A DNA stretch of 64,000 bases from assembly GCF_009914755.1 (NCBI RefSeq), contig NC_060941.1. One strand, given 5' to 3'. The translations under genes and the position numbers were made by a program. Below, in pieces: positions 48,460-64,000 of the stretch. Position 1 is the first letter of the stretch. Each line of letters starts with the position of its first letter. Source of the DNA: the human T2T-CHM13v2.0 reference genome, Homo sapiens. The notes under the pieces were generated by a model. It was not told where the DNA came from. It made no database searches and saw nothing but the letters and a program-made list of their open reading frames with translations.

Positions 48460-48934
48460 CCCCTCTTTTTCTAGCCGGAAATACCCTCTTTCAGGAAGGC
48501 GCGCCTGTGCCGCATACGCACACTCAGTTACTTAGCAAAGTCTGGGCTAAACCACCCAAGGCGGAGCCCAGGAACAACAGAGCCACCGCATCCCCCACCA
48601 ATCAGCGCCGACCTCGCCTTCGCAGGCCTAACCAATCAGTGCTGGTGCTGCAAGAAAGTTTCCAGAGCTTTCGAGGAAGGTTTCTTTAACTCGAATTCAT
48701 CCGCCCAATAATTTTCTTATATTTTCCTAAAGAAGAGAAGTGCATAGAGGAGAAGGGACATAATTTGTTAGGATCCTTTCTTACGCTATGGGAATTTGGG
48801 GCTCAGTTGAAAAGCCTGAACTGCGTCTGGGGATGTTGGGCGCGGCGAACTACTTTCAGTGGCGCACGGAGACGGTGTCTATGTAAGAAGTGATAACGCA
48901 ACACACCTTGCACAAATTTGCGCTCTGCCAAACC
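48460..48934 (+). promoter_or_regulatory. UBB-type promoter: ETS site, two CCAAT boxes, heat-shock-element-like array, CpG-enriched
   Basis: ccggaaat ~48475; CCAAT at 48598-48602 and 48632-48636; alternating nTTCn/nGAAn-like units gaaagtttccagagctttcgaggaaggtttc at 48654-48684; locally raised CpG density. Confidence 0.75.
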
Positions 48935-49729
48935 AGAGCATTCAGGCACGACTGGCTTTGTTGGGTGAGGTTGTTGTGGTGTTCCTGTGGCTGGACGTGA
49001 TTCGCAGCATCCTCGTATCCGCTAACAGGTACTGGCCCACAGCCGTAAAGACCTGCGGGGGCGTGAGAGGGGGGAATGGGTGAGGTCAAGCTGGAGGCTT
49101 CTTGGGGTTGGGTGGGCCGCTGAGGGGAGGGGAGGGCGAGGTGACGCGACACCCGGCCTTTCTGGGAGAGTGGGCCTTGTTGACCTAAGGGGGGCGAGGG
49201 CAGTTGGCACGCGCACGCGCCGACAGAAACTAACAGACATTAACCAACAGCGATTCCGTCGCGTTTACTTGGGAGGAAGGCGGAAAAGAGGTAGTTTGTA
49301 TGGCTTCTGGAAACCCTAAATTTGGAATCCCAGTATGAGAATGGTGTCCCTTCTTGTGTTTCAATGGGATTTTTACTTCGCGAGTCTTGTGGGTTCGGTT
49401 TTGTTTTCAGTTTACCTAACACCGTGCTTAGGTTTGAGGCAGGTTGGAGTTCGGTCAGGGGAGTTTGAATATCCAGAACAGGTAGTGGAGAAAGTTGTGG
49501 ACGCTTGGTTAGAGAGCGCTCTGGATTCTCCACTGTTGACATTGAAACCTTGAGTGACGAATTTTGTATTAAGTGACTTAGCCTCATAAAAATCAGGGGA
49601 GGTTTGCGGAATGTTACCATGTTTAAGGCATTTTGAAGGAGTAGTTGCTAACTTTGAAGCATATTAGATGTAAAAGCAAGAAATACAATCATCCTGAGAT
49701 GACACGCTTATGTTTTACTTTTAATCTAG

Positions 49730-50652
<923 letters not shown>

Positions 50653-50771
50653 TTCTTCAGTCTTGCATTAGCAGTGCCCACTGATGGCATTACTCTGCAC
50701 TATAGCCATTTGCCCCAACTTAGGTTTAGAAATTACAAGTTTCAGTAATAGCTGAACCTGTTCAAAATGTT

Positions 50772-50777
50772 AATAAA
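50772..50777 (+). terminator. polyadenylation signal AATAAA of the UBB paralogue
   Basis: AATAAA 120 nt after the stop codon, followed ~25 nt later by GT-rich ttggtgttttgt. Confidence 0.85.
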
Positions 50778-51032
50778 GGTTTCGTTGAATGGTAGCATAC
50801 TTGGTGTTTTGTCATGATATTCTCTAGTGATGTGTGGGTACACTTAAAACTGGTGAAAATGTCTAGGGAGGGATTTAATTTTGAGATTGGTAATGTGCCC
50901 AAAGTTAAGTCACTTGACTCTGGTATACACTTGGGTGGGCTGAGGGGTAAGAGCCTTCTTTGCTGTAAGTCATTACAAGTTAGGATCCTGGACTAATGGC
51001 AAACTTTCTGAAGCTCGAATTTAAAGTCTGTT

Positions 51033-52070
<1,038 letters not shown>

Positions 52071-52644
52071 ACGCTGTTGTTTCTTAATGTCTAACAGCTT
52101 AACTTTATTGTGAAAGACTGCAGCAACAAATGAGATTTTATCTGTATTTGGTAAAAATGCTTATCCTTGTCTAAGTCTGGCAACATAAGCAGTTTTTAGG
52201 CTTCTATCCCAATGGACATTAGGCAGTAATACATGCGCAGTGCTAATAGAAAATATTTGAGGGAGTAAGGGTGTACTAAGGAAGTTCTCAAATCTTCCTG
52301 CTTCACTATCTTCTGTAATACAACTTCAGTAAATGTGATTCTCATCTTGGCACAAAATTGGGAGTAGTGTGGGGAGCCCTGTTTAATTTTTTTTTTCAGG
52401 TTTATAGTAGGGAAATAATGTTTTCTGGTACTAAAACTGGCGTGGTAAGTGCATACTTAGGGTAAGGACTTTAAATCACTGGCCAGTTAATCTCTAGTTG
52501 GTGGTTTAGCATGCAAGAAGTACCCATGGGTATATTACACAAATGCGGGAATAGCATATCTAGAAATAAGCCTTTGATATTCATAGTGTACCTGAGAATG
52601 GTTTCACACATAATTTTAGGTAATCTGCCTTAGTCACTCTGGTT

Positions 52645-53037
52645 TTACGGATCTTTGCCCACAGTTCCTGGTTCATAACTTCTATAGCCCTTGTTATAGT
52701 CATGTTGGGTGTGTTAGGCCACAGGAAACTCACTTAACTTCTGCCCTTTTACCTTCCCTAAGACAGGACTCATAATCTTCCCCTACCTTTCTGAGTCCTG
52801 AGACCCCCATTTCAGAGAGGGTTCTGTCCTGTACCCTGGGGAAAGGAATGCTGTCATCGTGAAGCCTCCTTAGAAAACCAAGAGGACTGAGTTTGGATAT
52901 CTGAACACATGGAGGTTCCTGGAGGATGGCACACCCAAGTAAGGCATTAAAGCTTTGCACCCCTTCCCCCATACCTTGTCCTATGCATCTCTTCATCTGA
53001 GTCCTTTGTAATATCTTTATAATAAACCAGTAAACGT
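52645..53037 (+). mobile_element. MER21-like ERV LTR fragment
   Basis: ctgaacacatggaggttcctggaggatggc...ccccttcccccataccttgtcctatgcatctcttcatctg...tataataaaccagtaaacgt. Confidence 0.8.
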
Positions 53038-54107
53038 GGCCAGGCGTGGTGGCTTATGCCTATAATCCCAGCACTTTGGGAGGTGGAGGTGGGTGGATCA
53101 CTTGAGGCTAGAGCTTGAGGCCAGACTGGGCAATGGGCTCTTTACAAAAAAAAAAAAATTAAAATGGGCATGGTGGCATATACCTGTAGTCCTAGCTACT
53201 TGGGAAGCTGAGGTGGAAGGATTGCTTGAGTCCAGGAGTTCCAGGCCAGCCTAGCACAGCAAGATCTTGTCACTAAAAACCTAGCTCTTCAAACCTGGAA
53301 AATTAAAACGTTTCACTGAATACCTAAAAACTATTATCTGGGGCAATAGGGCTTAAAATATTGTGCTGTCATTTCTCCCAAAGTGTCACTGTCTGACAAT
53401 ATAGGCTCATAGGTCTGTAGTCTGGTGAATCCTTCAGAAGAAGATTCAGCTGTTGCTCTTTAGTTCTCTTTTGGAATATTTTATTTTCCATAGAGATCCC
53501 CCTCTAAGTAATTCATGGATCTCAGCAAATTCACTCTGCACACAAATGAATCTGAGCAATTTTGAGACAGAGTCTTGCTCTGTAGCCTAAGCCAGACTGC
53601 AGTGGCACAATCTTGGCTCACTGCAACCTCTGCCTCCCAGGTTCAAGCGATTCTTGGGCCTCAGCCTCCTGAGTAGCTGGGATTACAAGAGTGGTCACCA
53701 CACCCAGCTAATTTTTGTATTTTTAGTAGAGACGGAGTTTCACCATGTTGGCCAGGCTAGTCTTGAACTCCTGACTTCAGGCGATCTGCCCGCCTTGGCC
53801 TCCCGAAGTGCTGGGATCACAGGCGTGAGCCACTGCACCTGGCCAGGGAAAGGCTCTTTAAATATGTGTTGGAGGCCTGGTCTATGGCCTGATGCCAGTC
53901 CAAAATAGTTCTTGTCAGCTCTCAGTTAAATAAAAATGAGAACAGCGGCCAGGTGCAAAGGCTCACGCCTGTAATCCCAGCACTTTGGGAGGACGGGGTG
54001 GGGGGCGGGGTGCGGATCATGAGGCCAGGAGTTCGAGACCAGCCTGACCAACATGGCGAAACCCCGTCTCTACTAAAAATACAAAAAATTAGCTGGGTGT
54101 GGTGTCA

Positions 54108-54230
<123 letters not shown>

Positions 54231-54324
54231 TCATCTCAAAAAAAAAAAAAAAAAAAAAGAACAGCTCAGTGGATTTTACATAAAAAATGTATTCAACTTA
54301 AAAGACATGTCCTCTGTAAAAATG

Positions 54325-54510
54325 TTGTGGTCTAATGGTTTAGTGTGACTCTGGATACAAGACTTCTTGAGTCAAATCTGGCTGCTTACTAGCTTGTAAC
54401 GTTGGGCAACTAATCCTGTCAGTACATCAAATTCCTCATCTATAAAAATTGGGTTAATTACACCTGTCTCAGACTAGTTATAATTACCTGTGAAGCACTT
54501 AAAACAATGT
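54325..54510 (+). mobile_element. MIR SINE
   Basis: gagtcaaatctggctgcttactagcttgtaacgttgggcaac...ttcctcatctataaaaattggg...tgtgaagcacttaaaaca. Confidence 0.8.
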
Positions 54511-55621
54511 AAAAACTTGGCCAGGTGAGGTGGCTCATGCCTGAAGTCGCAACTACTTGGGAAACAAGCAGAATGGCTTGAGCCCAGGAATTCAGGGCTG
54601 CAGTGAGTTACCAGGTAATGCCACTGCACTGCACTCCAGCCTGGGCAACAGAATGAAACCCTGTCTCTAAAAACAAAACAAAACCAAAAACCCCACACAC
54701 TTGCGTAGTGCTTAATATGCTATTTTTTGTAATAAAATTACCAATCAAGATGAGATGATAGGCTGGGTGCTGTGGCTCACACCTGTGTAATCTCAGCACT
54801 TTAGGAGCCCAAGGTGGGAGGATCGCTTGAACCTGGTAGTTTGAGATCAGCCTGGGCAACATAGTAAGAACTCATCTCTACAAAAAATGAAATAAAAGGC
54901 GGGAGGATCACTGCAATGAGGTTAACGCTGCAATGAGCTGTGATCTTGCCACTGCACTCCAGCCTAGGTGATGGGAGTGAGAACCTATCTCAAAAAAAAA
55001 AAAAAGATGATAATGCAATAAGTAAACTGAATGAAGGTGATAGGAACTTCGTGGGGCAATATCCAATAGAGGAAAAAATGCTATAGGAAAAAATATGCCT
55101 AAGCACAAAGACAGGTGGGCCACTGTTAACAATGGTTGCTTCAGGAGAATAGAGGAGTAGTTTTAAAGGGAGGTATATTTCAGCTCCTCTCTAGATATTC
55201 TTAAATCTGGCACCCACATAACATCAGCATTGTCCACAAGCACTCCATGTTTAAGAGCCAGCAATATAACAGCCCTGAAGTCAGACTGTGTTTCTGGATA
55301 GAGTAGACATTTTGCACAAATCTCTGGTTCAATCTCTATCACTCCTATAGGGCCTCTAGAAACTTTATCTCATGAGACTTCCTGAACCGCGACACACTTC
55401 ATTTTAGCTACACTTTATTCATTCTTCAAAGAATCTGAGCAGGCAAGCCATGACTCTATTTTAATCAGGCCCAGCTAACTCTAAATGGAAGCTTTAGATA
55501 CATGTTGGGTTCTGGGAAAGGATCTTGTACTTAGCGCAGCAATAATTATTTAGTATATGAGCACTTAGTTTCCTTAGTCTGACAATAAGTACTTAGTTTC
55601 CTCAGTGCAACAAGGAAGTAG

Positions 55622-56518
<897 letters not shown>

Positions 56519-57539
56519 TAAAATTCTAAAACCTATTCTAACCACACAACACTAACCAGGGCCCCTTTTAAGAAACACTATTATCTTCAGAAATTTCTGA
56601 TATCAGTGTTTCCCCAAACTATCTTCCAAACATTACAACCAGTACGAAAAACGATGCTGTGATCACAAGGAGTTATCCATTATCTCCCTCCTGAAGACCT
56701 ACAATGTCCTACAATTGTACATTAGCATATTTAAGTCTCTAAGGAGTTCTACCTTATAGGAACTGGTTTAACATTGTTTAACCCAGTGTTTTCCAATTTT
56801 CAATTTCACTTATGTTTCACTTTTTTTTTTTTTTTTTTGAAATGGCATTTTGCTCTTGTTACCCAGGCTGGAGTCCAGTGGTGCCATCTTGGCTTACGGC
56901 AACCTCCACCTCCCAGGTTCAACAGTGATTCTCCTGCTTCAGCCTCCCAAGTAACTGGGATTACAGGCATGAGCCACCACGCCTAGCTAATTTTGTATTT
57001 TTAGTAGAGATGGGGTTTCTCCTTGTTGGTCAGGCTGGTCTTGAACTCCCGATCTAAGGTGATCCACCCACCTCAGCCTCCCAAAGTGCTGGGATTACAG
57101 GCGTGAGCCACTGCACCCGGCCTCACCTTTTTTTGGTGGGGGAGACAAAGTCTTGGTCTGTCACCCAAATTGAAGTACAGTGGTGTGATCTCGCCTCACT
57201 GCAACCTCTGCCTCCCAGGTTCAAGAGATTCTCCTGCGTCACCCTCCTGAGTAGCTGGGATTACAGGCATGTGTCACTATGCCTGGCTAATTTTTGTATT
57301 TTTAGTAGAGACAGGGTTTCACCAGTTTGGCCAGGCTGGTCTTGAATTCCTGGCCTCGAATGATCCACCCACTTTGACCTCTCGAAATGTTGGGATTACA
57401 GGTGTGAGCCATTGCGTCTGGCAATCATTTTTTTTTCTTTGTCCCCAAGGCCGGAGTGCAGTGGCGTGTTCTCAGCTCACCGCAACCTCCACCTCCCAGG
57501 TTCATGTGATTCTAACAGGAGGTGACATATTATTATTAA

Positions 57540-57705
57540 TGAATGATAATAGTTAACTCTTATTTACGCTTACCATGCAATAGGCATTATTCTAAGGTTT
57601 TACATGAACTGGCTTATTTGATTTTCACAACTATCCACCCACTTAGGCACACAGAGCTGGGGTTTGAGCCCAGACAGGCTGGCTCCAGAGTTCTTGCTCT
57701 TAATG
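57540..57705 (-). mobile_element. MIR SINE fragment
   Basis: gcttaccatgcaataggcattattctaagg...gagctggggtttgagcccagacaggctggctccagag. Confidence 0.75.
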
Positions 57706-58667
57706 CTTCGAGATAAGATCTCCTGAGAGAATAAGCAGAAGTCAGTCACATAAGGATCTGGAAAACAACATTCCAGAAAATGGACTAAGCAAGGCTCAAG
57801 TTTCTGAGGCTAGCCAGCACTGAGATATTTAGAGATCCACCTACCTCAGCCTCCCAGGTAGCTGGGACTACAGGTGTGCACCACCACGCCCAGTTAATTT
57901 TTGTATTTTTAGTAGAGATAGGGTTTCACCATGTTGGCTAGGATGGTCTCAATCTCTTGACCTTGTGATCTGCCCACCTTGCCTCCCAAAGTGCTGGGAT
58001 TACAGGTGTGAGCCACTGCACCTGGCCATCACTTTCTTTTTCAATGACATAACATTTCTCATAATTTGAGAAACAGTGTTCAAGCCATGCCCTGTCTCCT
58101 GTCTCCGTATCTAGTACTGCTGATTGTGCTTGGTTCTAGGCGTCTTTCGATGATAGAAACATGCTGCTGTGAATTCGAGGCAGGCTGCACACTGGGCTTG
58201 GATCTTCTACTTTTAAAATAGAACAATACAGGCTGGGTGTGGTGGTTCACGCCTGTAATCCCAGCACTTTGGGAGGATGAGGTAGGTGGATCATCTGAGG
58301 TCAGGAGTTCACTATCAGCCTGGCCAACATGGTGAAACCCCGTCTGTACTAAAAATACAAAAATTAGCTGGGCATGGCACTGGGCACCTGTAATCCCAGC
58401 TACTCAGGAGGCTGAGGCAGGGGAATCACTGGAACTCGGGTGGCAGTGAGATCCCGCCACTGCACTCCAGCCTGGGTGACAGAGTGAGACTCTGTCTCAA
58501 AAGAAAGGAAAAGAAAAGAAAAAAGCATGAAAAAAGGAAAAGCAAGACTCCGTCTCAAAAAAACTAGAACAATTCAAATATTGAGGGGGACGAAGACTTG
58601 GTCTGTTGCCCAAGCTGAAGTACAGTGGTTCAATCTCGGCTCACTGCAACCTCCACCTGCCAGGTTC

Positions 58668-59281
58668 TGAGGCGGAAAATGAACGAAAAATAAAATTTAG
58701 AAGAAAGAGAAATAAGTTTTCCTATATTAGGCTGACTTGTGCAGCAACGGGCACAGCCCAGACCCAGGAAAAGTCTTGATAATATTATCTAATGTGCTCT
58801 GGAGATTCTCCCAGCACTCCCTCAACATTGGGAGAAGAAAAACAAATTTTCCTTTGTTTTATGGAATGAGTTTATAGATTCTTGTTCTCTGTAACTAATG
58901 ACTTCAAGTATTCTGTTTTATCTAAGAAGTACAACGAAGGTCACAAGAAGCCTGAGTAGGCCTGAACTACAGCTGCCTGAGCACCATAGTGAAGGTTATA
59001 GGATAAGCCTGTGCCCTGACAAACCTAGATAACAGACATCTGGGTTGCTTGGCAACAGTCATGTGCAATCCTGTCTTTGTCCTGCCTCTGTATCCCTGAT
59101 TTCATGCCACTGTAACCTTGCTTCAAGCTAGCCCACCCCCTTTTCTGAAGTGTGTATAAAAGTCAGGTGCTGTCTTTATTCCGGGCCCAGTCTTTTACAC
59201 GTGAGTCAGCCGGGCCTGAGTGCACTCAATATTCTCCTGTTTCAACCCGAGGTCTCTCTCGTCCTCCTGAATCCCGCAACA
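58668..59281 (+). mobile_element. ERV1 solo LTR (LTR10-like) inserted into an antisense Alu
   Basis: 614 bp, TG...CA termini, exact 4-bp TSD GTTC (58664-58667 and 59282-59285), TATAAA at 59155. The host Alu resumes in register (caggttc|aagcaattctcctgcc). Family name is from recall only. Confidence 0.85.
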
Positions 59282-63150
<3,869 letters not shown>

Positions 63151-63271
63151 CGCTCCCCTGCCTTCCGGAAAGGAAGAGCCCTGATCGCGCCCCTGCACTC
63201 AAGCCTCTGGGTGATAGAGCGAGGAGACCCTGTCTCCAAAACACAAACAAACAAAAGGTAATGGGGGGGGG

Positions 63272-63569
<298 letters not shown>

Positions 63570-64000
63570 GGTAGTAGGAACATTGCTGGTAATTGCTGTG
63601 TGAGCACACTAATACCACATTTATACCTGTCTTTCTGAACTTCTATGACAATGTAAACATGCATATGTATATAGATATCTCCATATATAGTTACTCTCAC
63701 CTTGTTCACAGCTGCTCTTACACTAGATATACAATTTTCTCCTTCAAATAATGTTAATGCTAACTATGAATGTAATATATGCTCAGTGTATGAAATTTAG
63801 GAAATATAGAAAAAGAAAGCACTCATTATCCCTACGATCCAAGTATATTCAGTTTGGCATGTTTCCTCTTTTCCCAGTATTAATTTTTTACTTAAATAAC
63901 AATGAATACAATACAAGTTGTAAGGACTTGACCAGCAGATATACAGAGAGTGAGTAAAAACATTGAAGTCCTTTTTCAGCGTCCCTTCCCAGATGTCCTC

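Overview
Human-type (primate) genomic DNA made of two very different halves. Bases 1 to ~43,300 are AT-rich, show no recognisable gene and are filled with old L1/L2/MIR/MER2/MLT repeats, two near-full-length THE1 MaLR proviruses, about 8 Alus and a 33-nt U2 snRNA retro-fragment with a target-site duplication. From ~43,300 to the end the sequence is extremely Alu-dense (roughly 40-45 Alu copies or fragments by manual count). This half holds an unprocessed (duplicated) copy of the polyubiquitin gene UBB, with a CCAAT/HSE-like promoter, a non-coding exon 1, a 701-bp GT-AG intron and a coding exon with four ubiquitin units followed by AATAAA. A 1-bp deletion in unit 3 splits the coding exon into a 224-aa ORF (variant Ub, Ub-T55S, truncated Ub with a neo-tail) and a separate 77-aa ORF encoding Ub Q2K/K33E/Q49K/N60S. 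This signature matches UBBP4 and its reported product UbKEKS (17p11.2), so the headline system is already described rather than new. Less obvious observations: the sequence records how the fourth unit arose (a 228-bp internal duplication ending at the frameshifted C-run); a diverged, CpG-richer second copy of the UBB upstream promoter segment lies ~14.8 kb downstream (62.9-63.15 kb); a probable segmental-duplication junction lies at ~43.3 kb; and there are several unusual retrotransposition events. Repeat subfamily names and repeat boundaries were assigned by eye and are approximate.
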